A DNA stretch of 64,000 nucleotides. Origin: an uncultured Prevotella sp. (GTDB lineage Bacteria > Bacteroidota > Bacteroidia > Bacteroidales > Bacteroidaceae). The translations under genes and the position numbers were made by a program. Below, piece by piece: positions 18,705 to 27,706 of the stretch. The notes beneath the pieces are model-generated. The model was not told where the DNA came from and ran no database searches. It worked only from the letters and a program-made list of their open reading frames with translations. The stretch's first letter is position 1; each line of letters opens with the position of its first letter. The stretch covers positions 40,319-104,318 of the forward strand of contig URRR01000005.1 of NCBI GenBank assembly GCA_900550365.1. Direction: 5' to 3'.

Positions 18705-20633
18705 ATGATTGACAAAGCTACGATAGACAAGATAATGGACGCGGCGAACATCGTCGACGTGGTGTCTGAATTTGTCACCCTGCGCAAGGCCGGAGTGAAC
18801 TATAAGGGCCTCTGCCCGTTCCACAACGAGAAGACGCCTTCGTTCGTCGTGTCGCCCTCAAAGGGCTACTGCCATTGCTTCTCTTGCGGCAAGGGCGGCA
18901 ACGTGGTGGGCTTTATCATGGAGCACGAGCAGATGACCTACCCCGAGGCTCTGCGCTGGCTGGCAAAGAAATACAACATAGAGATACATGAACGGGAGCT
19001 GACCGACGAGGAGAAACGGCAGGAGAGCGAGCGTGAGAGCCTGTTCATCGTCAACGACTGGGCCTTGCATTACTTTCAGGACAACCTGCTCAACACGCAG
19101 AAGGGGCAGGCCATAGGGCTGCAATACTTCCGTTCGCGCGGCTTCCGCGACGACACTATCAGCCGCTTTCAGCTCGGTTACGCCATGCCGGAGCGTGACG
19201 CTCTGGCCACGGCGGCACTGAAAAAAGGATTTAAGGAGCAGTTCCTAATTGACACGGGGCTGTGTTACCGCAAGGAAGACGGCACCCTGCAGGACCGCTA
19301 CCACGGCCGCGTCATCTTCCCCGTGCATACGGTTACGGGGCGCGTGGTGGCCTTCGGAGGGCGTATCCTGGAGAACAACAAGAAGCTGGCGAAGTATGTC
19401 AACTCGCCCGAATCGCTCATTTACCACAAGAGTAACGAGCTGTACGGCATCTACCAGGCCAAGCAGGCCATAACGAAGAACGACCGCTGCTACCTCGTTG
19501 AGGGATATATCGACGTAACGTCGATGCACCAGAGCGGCGTAGAGAACGTGGTGGCATCGTCTGGTACGTCGCTTACCACCGGGCAGATACGCCTCATCCA
19601 CCGCTTCACTGACAACATAACCGTGCTGTATGACGGCGACAGCGCGGGCATACATGCCTCCATCCGCGGCATCGACATGCTGCTGTCAGAGGGCATGAAC
19701 GTGAAAGTGCTGCTGCTGCCGGACGGCGACGACCCCGACAGCTTCGCACGCAAGCACACGGCACAGGAATTCCGTGACTACATAGAGAGCCACCAGACTG
19801 ACTTCATCGAGTTCAAGACCAGTCTGCTGCTGCGCGGCGTCACTGACCCCGTAAAGCGCTCAGAGGCCATCAGCAGCATTGTTAAAAGCGTGTCGGTAAT
19901 ACCTGACCAGATCAAGAGGGCAACCTATATTACTGAATGTGCCCACCGTCTGGGCATGAACGAGGGCACGCTTATCAACACCGCCAACAAGTTCATACGC
20001 GGCGATCTGGAAGAAAAGCGCAAGGAACAGCGGCGCGAGGAGGCCAAGACCGGCGGTCCGCTGAAGCCTCTGCAGCCCGCCGCGCCCATGGGGCAGATGC
20101 CTTCAGTAGAGTCGATGATTATGCAACTGGTGGTGCGCCACGGCGAAGAGATTCTTTACAAAGACGTTGAGACCGAGGACGGCGGCAAGATAAACCTTAG
20201 CGTATCGCAATATATCAGCTATGACCTCGGCGCCGATAACCTGCGCTTCAAGAACGAGCTGTATAACCGCATGCTGGCCGAAGCCGTGGAACACAACAAC
20301 GATGAGGGCTTCAAGGCCGAGACTTACTTCACTCATCACCCCGACATCGACATCAGCCGGACTGCCACCGAGATGGCCATTGACCACTTCCAGCTGAGCA
20401 AGAGCCTGCAGGTGAAGCACGACGAGGACTCGCTCCGCAACCAGGTGGAGCATCTTATACTCGACTTCCGCATGGATTACGTAGAGCAGCATCTCAAGGA
20501 ACTGAAGCGCGACATCAGTCTGTCAATCAACGACCCGGACAAGATGATGAGTCTGATGGCCGAATACAAGGACATGCAGGTGATACGTAACGAAATAGCA
20601 AAGGAGCTGGGACAGGAGATAATCAATACGTAA
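18705..20633 (+). CDS. dnaG: DNA primase
   Basis: CPFH..KTPSF...CFSC zinc finger, KYVNSPE, TOPRIM motifs VEGYIDV and YDGDSAG, DPD. TATATTTG element at 18625-18632. Confidence 0.98.
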   Translation: MIDKATIDKIMDAANIVDVVSEFVTLRKAGVNYKGLCPFHNEKTPSFVVSPSKGYCHCFSCGKGGNVVGFIMEHEQMTYPEALRWLAKKYNIEIHERELTDEEKRQESERESLFIVNDWALHYFQDNLLNTQKGQAIGLQYFRSRGFRDDTISRFQLGYAMPERDALATAALKKGFKEQFLIDTGLCYRKEDGTLQDRYHGRVIFPVHTVTGRVVAFGGRILENNKKLAKYVNSPESLIYHKSNELYGIYQAKQAITKNDRCYLVEGYIDVTSMHQSGVENVVASSGTSLTTGQIRLIHRFTDNITVLYDGDSAGIHASIRGIDMLLSEGMNVKVLLLPDGDDPDSFARKHTAQEFRDYIESHQTDFIEFKTSLLLRGVTDPVKRSEAISSIVKSVSVIPDQIKRATYITECAHRLGMNEGTLINTANKFIRGDLEEKRKEQRREEAKTGGPLKPLQPAAPMGQMPSVESMIMQLVVRHGEEILYKDVETEDGGKINLSVSQYISYDLGADNLRFKNELYNRMLAEAVEHNNDEGFKAETYFTHHPDIDISRTATEMAIDHFQLSKSLQVKHDEDSLRNQVEHLILDFRMDYVEQHLKELKRDISLSINDPDKMMSLMAEYKDMQVIRNEIAKELGQEIINT

Positions 20634-20679
20634 GCAGACAAGAAACAAGCAGACGAGCAGACAAGGAGATTTGACTATG
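20633..20679. repeat. AGCAGACAAG-family dispersed repeat
   Basis: 47 bp with one mismatch to 32106-32152. Confidence 0.9.
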
Positions 20680-20799
20680 TAGTTAAATTGGAAGATTCAA
20701 GAAAGTAAATGAGGCGTAAGCCAATAGCAAAACCGCGCTGCGCGCAGCCTGTTTATCTGCCTTATCAGTCCTATTCCTCCCATTATCTTCACCCACCCG

Positions 20800-20833
20800 A
20801 TTATGAATTATGAATTGTGAATTATGAATTAAT
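20800..20833. repeat. AATT(A/G)TG heptamer tandem repeat
   Basis: attatgaattatgaattgtgaattatgaatt directly before the cls ATG; same family as 1569-1601. Confidence 0.85.
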
Positions 20834-22258
20834 ATGATATATGTCAACTGGCTGATATTCATTGCTTATGTATGCGTGGTGCTGGTCACCATGCTCACGG
20901 TGTTGTTGGATAACCGGCAGCCCGCCAAGACAATGGCGTGGGTGCTGGTGCTGATATTCATTCCCGTGATAGGCATTGTGCTTTACTTCTTCTTCGGACA
21001 GAATACAAGAAAGGAGAAGTTCATCAGCCAGCGCAGCATGAGCCAGTTGACAAAACGCTCCATGCTTGAGTTCGCCGAGCAGCAGAACCTCGTGCTGCCC
21101 GAGGAACACAGCGTTCTGATTAATCTTTTCAAGACTCAGAACTGGGCGTTGCCGTTCAAGAACAACGAGGCCGACATCCTTACTGACGGCATGTCGTTCT
21201 TCCTCTCACTGCTCAAAGACATCGGCAGCGCCACCCATCACATACATTTTGAGACATATATAATATGTGACGACCCCCTGGGACGTCTCGTTTCAGACGC
21301 TCTTGCGGACAAGGCGAGACAGGGAGTGGAGGTGCGTTTCATCTACGACGACGTGGGATGCTGGAACGTTCCCAACTCTTTCTTCGAGCGGATGCGCAAC
21401 GCCGGCATCGACGTACACGCCTTCATGCCGGTCAAGTTCCCTGCGTTTACGAGCAAAGTGAACTACCGTAACCACCGCAAACTGTGCATAATTGACGGCC
21501 GCATAGGGTATATCGGCGGCATAAACGTGGCCATGCGTTACGTAAAAGGCAGCAACGGACGGGCCTGGAGAGACACTCACATGCGCATTCGGGGCGGCGC
21601 CGTATATGCCATTCAGCGCGCGTTCCTCGTTGACTGGTACTTTGTTGACCGCACACTCGTCACCAACCGCTGTTATTATCCCATGCTTGACGGCACCATT
21701 AACAACAACTGCATCATGCAGGTGGTGACGAGCAGCCCGGTAAGTCCGTGGCCGGAGATGATGCAAGGGTATGTCCGCATACTGCTTGAGGCCAAGCGTT
21801 ACGTCTACATGGAGACCCCATACTTCCTCCCTACCGAGCCTGTCATGTTCGCGATGCGTACCGCCGCCCTCGCGGGTGTCGACGTAAGGCTCATGGTTCC
21901 GCTGCATTCTGACGCTAAATTTGTGGAGTGGGCCAGCCGCCCTTACGTTCAGGAGGCAGCTGATGCGGGCGTTACCGTATATCTGTACACCGCCGGATTC
22001 AACCACTCAAAGCTGCTCGTGAGCGACGACTCGTTGTCAACCTGCGGCTCTACAAACATCGATTTCCGCAGTTTTGAGAACAATTTTGAGAGCAACGTGT
22101 TCATCTACGACAGCGACATGGCGCTCCGCATAAAGTCAGTTTTCATGAATGACGTCAAGGATTGCGTGATGTACGGCGACTATATGCGCACCCGCCGCCT
22201 CTCGTTCACCCACCGTCTGTGGGAATCTTTTATCCGTCTGTTTTCTCCTTTGATGTGA
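20834..22258 (+). CDS. cls: cardiolipin synthase
   Basis: Two N-terminal TMs and two HKD motifs (NHRKLCIIDG, HSKLLVSDD). Confidence 0.95.
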   Translation: MIYVNWLIFIAYVCVVLVTMLTVLLDNRQPAKTMAWVLVLIFIPVIGIVLYFFFGQNTRKEKFISQRSMSQLTKRSMLEFAEQQNLVLPEEHSVLINLFKTQNWALPFKNNEADILTDGMSFFLSLLKDIGSATHHIHFETYIICDDPLGRLVSDALADKARQGVEVRFIYDDVGCWNVPNSFFERMRNAGIDVHAFMPVKFPAFTSKVNYRNHRKLCIIDGRIGYIGGINVAMRYVKGSNGRAWRDTHMRIRGGAVYAIQRAFLVDWYFVDRTLVTNRCYYPMLDGTINNNCIMQVVTSSPVSPWPEMMQGYVRILLEAKRYVYMETPYFLPTEPVMFAMRTAALAGVDVRLMVPLHSDAKFVEWASRPYVQEAADAGVTVYLYTAGFNHSKLLVSDDSLSTCGSTNIDFRSFENNFESNVFIYDSDMALRIKSVFMNDVKDCVMYGDYMRTRRLSFTHRLWESFIRLFSPLM

Positions 22259-22451
22259 TTTAACAGTTATACCGTCACGCTTTCAAGGGTAAGAAAGGTG
22301 CATCTGACTTTTATTATCTTCCTTCACGCCAGGCTTAAGACAACAACTGCCCCTGCCGGTAACGGCCCGCAGTTTTATCACTATTGAAGCCGTGGCTTCA
22401 AACTTTACACAAACTCTGTCATTATCTTTGCCGCCATAACAAAAAAGAAGT

Positions 22452-23141
22452 GTGATTATGGCATCGGCAGAACTGTTTATTTACGAATTACCCTTTTTCC
22501 TTTATTACATACAACCGGGTGAACTGATTGACTTTCTCAATGATATTGACACCGCAACTACCCTCGCCCTCAACTTCGACGGCGGCAGAATCGGCAATAT
22601 GGCGGCCGTGATTTTCTCGTCACGTTTAGTCTGGTTGCCGTGGGGATTGCTGTTTATAAGTAAGATGTCAGCCACTTACCGTCATAACATATGGCAGGCC
22701 GTGGCCATTATCTTAGGGCTTGCCGTGGTGGTAACTCTTTGCGACCAGGTGTCAGCCTCAATCATAAAGCCACTTGTGGAACGTCCAAGGCCATCACATG
22801 AAGAAAGCATAAGCAGTTTGCTTCATTATGTAGGCGGCTATCGCGGCGGAGCTTACGGCTTCGTTTCAAGCCACGCCGCAAATGCTTTCGGCGCCTCAAT
22901 ATACGCCATAAAGTTTTTCCGTAACAAGGCGTTCACCGTCTCCGTACTCATTTTCTCTGTCCTTGTGGGGTATTCACGGGTATATCTCGGTGTTCATTAT
23001 GTCGGTGACGTGGTGTGTGCTCTGCCGTTAGGAGCAGGCATTGCCTACGCCGTTATCTACACCGGCAATGCTCTCCGGCACATCCGCAGACGGCTGAGCA
23101 CGCACTCTATTGTACTTGGCTGGCGATTTAAGAAATGCTGA
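22452..23141 (+). CDS. PAP2 family phosphatase
   Basis: KPLVERPRP, FVSSHA and SRVYLGVHYVGDV. Start uncertain. Confidence 0.88.
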   Translation: MIMASAELFIYELPFFLYYIQPGELIDFLNDIDTATTLALNFDGGRIGNMAAVIFSSRLVWLPWGLLFISKMSATYRHNIWQAVAIILGLAVVVTLCDQVSASIIKPLVERPRPSHEESISSLLHYVGGYRGGAYGFVSSHAANAFGASIYAIKFFRNKAFTVSVLIFSVLVGYSRVYLGVHYVGDVVCALPLGAGIAYAVIYTGNALRHIRRRLSTHSIVLGWRFKKC

Positions 23142-23181
23142 CGAGAGGCCGCAAGCACGTCCTCTGCCGGCATAAATGCAT

Positions 23182-23763
23182 CTACTTATCGTCTGACACC
23201 TCTTCTGACGCAGTGTCATCAGCCTGCTCCGGGTGTCTGAACAGACTGAAGTTGACGCTTCCGTAAGCACGGTGCTCAACGAATCCGGGCACATCCTCAA
23301 AGCTGTTATGCTTGCCATGCTCGAACACGAAGACGCCGCCGGGCTTAAGCATGTTGCGCTCAAGTATCATGGAAGGTATCTGCGGAAGCTCCGGAAGGGC
23401 ATAAGGCGGGTCGGCGAAGATGAAGTCAAACTGAGTGTTACAACCCTTAATGAAGCGGAACACGTCACCTCGCAGAGGGATACACTTGTCAGTTCCGAGC
23501 TTTTTAAGGCACTGCCTGATGAACGCATGGTGGTCACGGTCGGCCTCAACACTTATCACCGAGGCACAGCCTCGTGACAGAAGCTCGAGCGAAATGCTGC
23601 CCGTGCCCGAGAAAAGGTCGAGCGCCGAGGCTCCGTCAAAGTCGATGTAGCCGTTAAGAACATTGAAAATATTCTCCTTGGCGAAGTCAGTTGTAGGCCT
23701 CGCCTTGAACGTCCTGGGTATCTCGAAGTGACGTCCTTTATATATTCCGGTGATTATGCGCAT
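23182..23763 (-). CDS. rsmD: 16S rRNA m2G966 methyltransferase RsmD family
   Basis: MRIITG, RPTTD, LDLFSGTGS, DPPY, FEH and YG. Confidence 0.93.
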   Translation of the reverse strand: MRIITGIYKGRHFEIPRTFKARPTTDFAKENIFNVLNGYIDFDGASALDLFSGTGSISLELLSRGCASVISVEADRDHHAFIRQCLKKLGTDKCIPLRGDVFRFIKGCNTQFDFIFADPPYALPELPQIPSMILERNMLKPGGVFVFEHGKHNSFEDVPGFVEHRAYGSVNFSLFRHPEQADDTASEEVSDDK

Positions 23764-23798
23764 TGGTGTCTGTGGCTTATTGATGTGTAAGAACAGCC

Positions 23799-24602
23799 TT
23801 ATCCTCTGACGAAATACGTCAGCAGGTCATATGGAAGATTCTTAATTTCAGTTATCGGGGCACGGTTGAACTCGGCCTTCGGGTTGATAACGTACACGTT
23901 CTGGATAAAAGAGTGAAGCTCTTGGGTAAGTTCTTCGCGCCCGGGTAGGTCGCCCGCGAGATGCAGCTCGTCACGCCTGTTGTCAAAGGCGAGCTGCTTC
24001 CACACGTTAAGTATGAAGTAAACGGCGTCTGGCACGAGGTTAGTATTGAAGCTGTTGGTGAAGCGGAAGCGGTTCTGCTGGAAGCTGAAAACGTCTATCC
24101 GCTTGTCATGGAAGTAGGCGTAGAGCTTCATCCTCACGCCGGTAAAGCTGCGCCGGTAAAGGTGATTCCAAACGGGAGCGCAGACATGGGTGAACCTTAC
24201 GTCAGCGAAATGGTCGTCGATGACGAGCTTCAGGTCTTTATTTATTGAATAAACGGCCACCGCATTAAGCGAAGGCAGCACCGTGGAGAGCACCGTCTCG
24301 CCCTCACGGCCTGTTATGGCGTGGTGGTAAAGCGTCTCTTTAGAGCTTTCGTTAAACTCGTCGACGGGTATCATGAGCACGGGCGAGTCGAGCAACACCA
24401 TTGCCCTCTGCCAGCCGTTGTTAAGCAGGTCAATCTCTTTGAACGCCTCGCGCAGGTTCGCTGCCATAGATATTCCGCTTCTCACGGTGTACGGTTCATA
24501 CACGATGCTGTTCTGCCGGGTGGCGTCAAGTGCCGAGAACGACAGCGTATGGCGGCCTATACGTATGGTAAGGCGGGGTTTTCTTATAATGTTTTCGGTC
24601 AT
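23799..24602 (-). CDS. DUF3822 family protein
   Basis: Recognised from LTIRIG, LMIP, NSF..DAVYFIL.VWKQL and typical position next to rsmD in Bacteroidales. Confidence 0.75.
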   Translation of the reverse strand: MTENIIRKPRLTIRIGRHTLSFSALDATRQNSIVYEPYTVRSGISMAANLREAFKEIDLLNNGWQRAMVLLDSPVLMIPVDEFNESSKETLYHHAITGREGETVLSTVLPSLNAVAVYSINKDLKLVIDDHFADVRFTHVCAPVWNHLYRRSFTGVRMKLYAYFHDKRIDVFSFQQNRFRFTNSFNTNLVPDAVYFILNVWKQLAFDNRRDELHLAGDLPGREELTQELHSFIQNVYVINPKAEFNRAPITEIKNLPYDLLTYFVRG

Positions 24603-24830
24603 ACGGTTTTACGGTTGTGAGGTTATTCGGGGGATTTACGGTGAGGGCGGTTCGGCGGTTATGAGGTTATACGGTGTACAGGTATTTACGGTTCCAGGTC
24701 TTGCGGGCGGGCAAGGTTTTACGGTTATGAGATTATACGGTGTACAGGTATTCACGGTTCCAGGTCTTGCGGGCGGGCAAGGTTTTACGGTTATGAGGTT
24801 ATTCGGTGACCGAACTACAACCGCACGTAG
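24603..24830. repeat. 66-bp tandem duplication built from ACGGTT/GAGGTT short repeats
   Basis: atgag(g/a)ttat recurs at 24661, 24727 and 24793. Confidence 0.9.
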
Positions 24831-24834
24831 CCGT

Positions 24835-25317
24835 TCATTCCCAGTTTCCGGCATTGTCGTTAGGCATGGTGATGTCTCCTATCTTCAGTCCGGGATACCT
24901 TCCTGCGCTGTAAGCCTCCTCGGTAAGGTTGGATATGCTGTTGGCGTCAAGCCCTCTGAGGTAGTCATCGTACGTCGCGCCACACTCCATAAGGGGCAGT
25001 TGGCGGCCGGATTTTGCAATCTGCGTCGTTACCGTAAGGTCAAAGCGTTTACCGTCAGTGAAGGGTATGAACTGCAACGAGTCCGCAAGCAGTCCGCTGC
25101 TGACGAGCACGCCGAAGTCATCGGTGTACGTGCCGTGCGCCTTACGGTATCTCTCCTCGGCGTATCTTATCTTTACGAGCCGCTCCTTCACGGTCTGCTC
25201 GCGCGCCGCACGCTGCCGGTCAAAGCGTATCGGGGCATATATACTGAGGCCGCACACTACCGCGAGAACCGCCGCAAGGACAGCCATTGCGCAGGTTTTG
25301 TTCACTCTGAAGCCCAT
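24835..25317 (-). CDS. conserved membrane-anchored hypothetical protein
   Basis: N-terminal TM followed by PIRF...RLVKIR..E..Y. C-terminal YPGLKIG...NAGNWE. Lies upstream of DUF3822. Confidence 0.75.
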   Translation of the reverse strand: MGFRVNKTCAMAVLAAVLAVVCGLSIYAPIRFDRQRAAREQTVKERLVKIRYAEERYRKAHGTYTDDFGVLVSSGLLADSLQFIPFTDGKRFDLTVTTQIAKSGRQLPLMECGATYDDYLRGLDANSISNLTEEAYSAGRYPGLKIGDITMPNDNAGNWE

Positions 25318-25487
25318 TTACTGACAGATATCTGCGTCCGTTACAGCCCATAAAACCATTTTATAGGCCGCCGGGACATGATGTTTCGTTTATTTTTAGT
25401 AAGTTTGCATTACGCTGCAAAGCGATATGTAACGGTGCAAAAATACACCAAATTATCCGTAAAATCAAACCTTTAGACTAAAAACTG

Positions 25488-27236
25488 ATGATTGTCGACG
25501 AATTGGCCCGCCGCATAAGGCAGGCGCTCGGCTTCACTCCTACCGCCGAGCAGGCCGTGGCCATTGACACGTTTTGCCGCTTCATGACCGACCGCGATGA
25601 GCACTCGGCCCTCATAATGCGCGGTTCGGCCGGTACGGGCAAGACCACTCTGGCCGCCGCGATAGTGAAAACGATGAAGGCTCTGGGGCAGAAGGTTACG
25701 CTGCTGGCGCCCACCGGGCGCGCAGCCAAGGTGTTCTCGCTCAACGCCGGGCATGCGGCGCTGACCATACACCGGCGCATATACCGCCAGAAGACGTTCA
25801 CCGGCGACATGACCGGATTCAACCTGAACGTCAATCTCACGCCCGACATGCTCTTCATGGTTGACGAAGCGTCAATGATAGCCGACAATGCGCCGTCAGA
25901 CATGGCCACGTTCGGCACGGGGCGGCTGCTCGACGACCTTATCAGCTATGTCTATAACGGGCGTAACTGCCGCCTGATGCTCATAGGAGACAAGGCCCAG
26001 CTGCCGCCCGTAGGCGAGGAGGAGTCGCCTGCGCTTACGGCCGCCGTGATAGAGGGCTATGGCCTGAAGGTGTATGAGTGCGACCTTAACGAGGTGTTGC
26101 GCCAGGCCGCCGGCTCAGGCATACTGTACAACGCAACGGTCATAAGGCAGATGATAACCCACGACGAGGCCACTCTTCTGCCACGCATCAGCTTCTCTGG
26201 ATTTGCCGACATATGCATGGTGCCGGGCGGCGAACTTATCGAGCAGCTAAGCTCAAGCTACTCGGAGGTGGGCATCGATGAGACTATCGTAATAACGCGG
26301 AGCAACAAACGGGCCAACATATATAACGCAGGCATACGCGGAACGGTGCTCGACCGCGAGGAACAGCTTACCACCGGCGACATGCTCATGGTCGTTAAGA
26401 ACAACTATTACTGGCTGGAAAAGGAGAAGTTAAGTGAAAAACGAACAGTGAAGAGTGAAAAATCCAATAGTTTTTTAAGTGAAAAGGTAAGAGTGAAGAG
26501 TGAAGAATCCAACAGTATTTTAAGTGAAAAGGTAAAAGTGAAGAGTGAAAAATCCAATAGTTTTTTAAGTGAAAAGGTAAAAGTGAAGAGTGAAAAATCC
26601 AAATGCGATGCGGCATCATCACCCACAAAACAAATGAATTCTTCACTTTTCACTCTTCACTCTTCACTTAAAATGCAGGATTCTTCACTCTTAACTCTTC
26701 ACTCTTCACTCAAAATGCAGGATTCTTCACTTTTCACTCTTAACTCTTCACTTAAAACAACGTTCCTTGCCAACGGCGACAGGGCCTGCGTAAGGCGGGT
26801 GCGCAACGTGCGCGAGCTGTACGGATTCCACTTTGCCGACGTGCTGCTAAGCTTTCCTGACTATGACGATTACGAGCTGCAGGCCACCGTTCTGACCGAT
26901 ACGCTGACGTCAGACGCGCCCGCGCTGACCCGCCAGCAGAGCGAACAGTTGTTCAACGCCGTGCTTGAGGACTATCAGGACATACCGCTTAAGGCCGACC
27001 GCATGAAGCAGATACGGCAGGATATGTATTATAACGCACTGCAAGTAAAGTATGCCTACGCCGTGACCTGCCACAAGGCGCAGGGCGGGCAGTGGGCTCA
27101 CGTGTACGTAGATCAGGGCTACATGACCGACGACATGCTCACTCCGGACTACATCCACTGGCTGTACACCGCCTTCATGCGCGCCACCGAGAAGCTGTTT
27201 CTAATAAACTGGCCAAAGACTCAGACATTAACATAG
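25488..27236 (+). CDS. RecD2-like SF1B ATP-dependent helicase with about 109-aa repeat-derived insertion
   Basis: GSAGTGKT, LAPTGRAAK, TIHR, VDEASM, GDKAQLPPV, LRQ, YAVTCHKAQG and YTAFMRA motifs. Low-complexity insert between NNYYW and FLANGD. Confidence 0.92.
   Translation: MIVDELARRIRQALGFTPTAEQAVAIDTFCRFMTDRDEHSALIMRGSAGTGKTTLAAAIVKTMKALGQKVTLLAPTGRAAKVFSLNAGHAALTIHRRIYRQKTFTGDMTGFNLNVNLTPDMLFMVDEASMIADNAPSDMATFGTGRLLDDLISYVYNGRNCRLMLIGDKAQLPPVGEEESPALTAAVIEGYGLKVYECDLNEVLRQAAGSGILYNATVIRQMITHDEATLLPRISFSGFADICMVPGGELIEQLSSSYSEVGIDETIVITRSNKRANIYNAGIRGTVLDREEQLTTGDMLMVVKNNYYWLEKEKLSEKRTVKSEKSNSFLSEKVRVKSEESNSILSEKVKVKSEKSNSFLSEKVKVKSEKSKCDAASSPTKQMNSSLFTLHSSLKMQDSSLLTLHSSLKMQDSSLFTLNSSLKTTFLANGDRACVRRVRNVRELYGFHFADVLLSFPDYDDYELQATVLTDTLTSDAPALTRQQSEQLFNAVLEDYQDIPLKADRMKQIRQDMYYNALQVKYAYAVTCHKAQGGQWAHVYVDQGYMTDDMLTPDYIHWLYTAFMRATEKLFLINWPKTQTLT
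26430..26756. repeat. in-frame palindromic repeat insertion (4 x 45 bp, then 3 x 42 bp inverted)
   Basis: Units at 26431, 26476, 26521 and 26566; complementary units at 26637, 26679 and 26721; ends ttaagtgaa...ttcacttaa. Confidence 0.93.
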
Positions 27237-27438
27237 GCCGCTAACGAAGCTGATAAATGCGCCTCACTCCACAACACGCCATACAGCGGACGGCAGAGCG
27301 AGGCGCATTTTTTATTATTACGGCATAAAACCGTAAGCAAACCGTAAGCAAACCGGCCGCCTCTACTTACACTCAAAGCATATTTACAGTAAACCGCGAC
27401 AAGACTGAAAGCAAACCGACATGATTCACTTTCAATTT

Positions 27439-27500
27439 CAAAAGGCCGTCTTTTAGCGTGCAAAAGACGGCCTTTTGCAGCGCCATTCATGACCTTTTGC
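27439..27500. repeat. REP-like palindromic cluster
   Basis: caaaaggccgtcttttagcgtgcaaaagacggccttttg. Confidence 0.88.
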
Positions 27501-27639
27501 CTTGCCGTTTGCGGTCTTTCGCTTTACCGCCAATCATGTTTTTATACCCATAAGGTTTGCGAGGGTCACCAATAATTTGTAAATTTGTTGCGAAATAAGC
27601 ATACTCCGCATCGTAAAAAAGTAACGAAAGCATATGGCT

Positions 27640-27701
27640 GTAACTTCTTTAACTTCTCTAAATTCTATAAATTCTTGACATAAATTCTCTAAATTCTTAA
27701 A
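27640..27701. repeat. 9-mer tandem repeat TAA(A/C)TTCT(C/T) before rmuC
   Basis: taacttctttaacttctctaaattctataaattctt...taaattctctaaattctt; the reverse complement resembles 32012-32089. Confidence 0.8.
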
Positions 27702-27706
27702 CAAAA

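Noticed and set aside
22401..22430. Pho box upstream of the PAP2 phosphatase (ctgtcat)
   Set aside because: Single half-site with no partner at 11-bp spacing.
24373..25353. 326-aa plus-strand ORF
   Set aside because: Antisense to two credible genes and runs through the 66-bp repeat; shadow ORF.
26430..26756. Intein or group I/II intron in the helicase
   Set aside because: No intein terminal motifs (N-terminal Cys/Ser block, C-terminal His-Asn) and no intron-like features; the insert is low-complexity repeat DNA.
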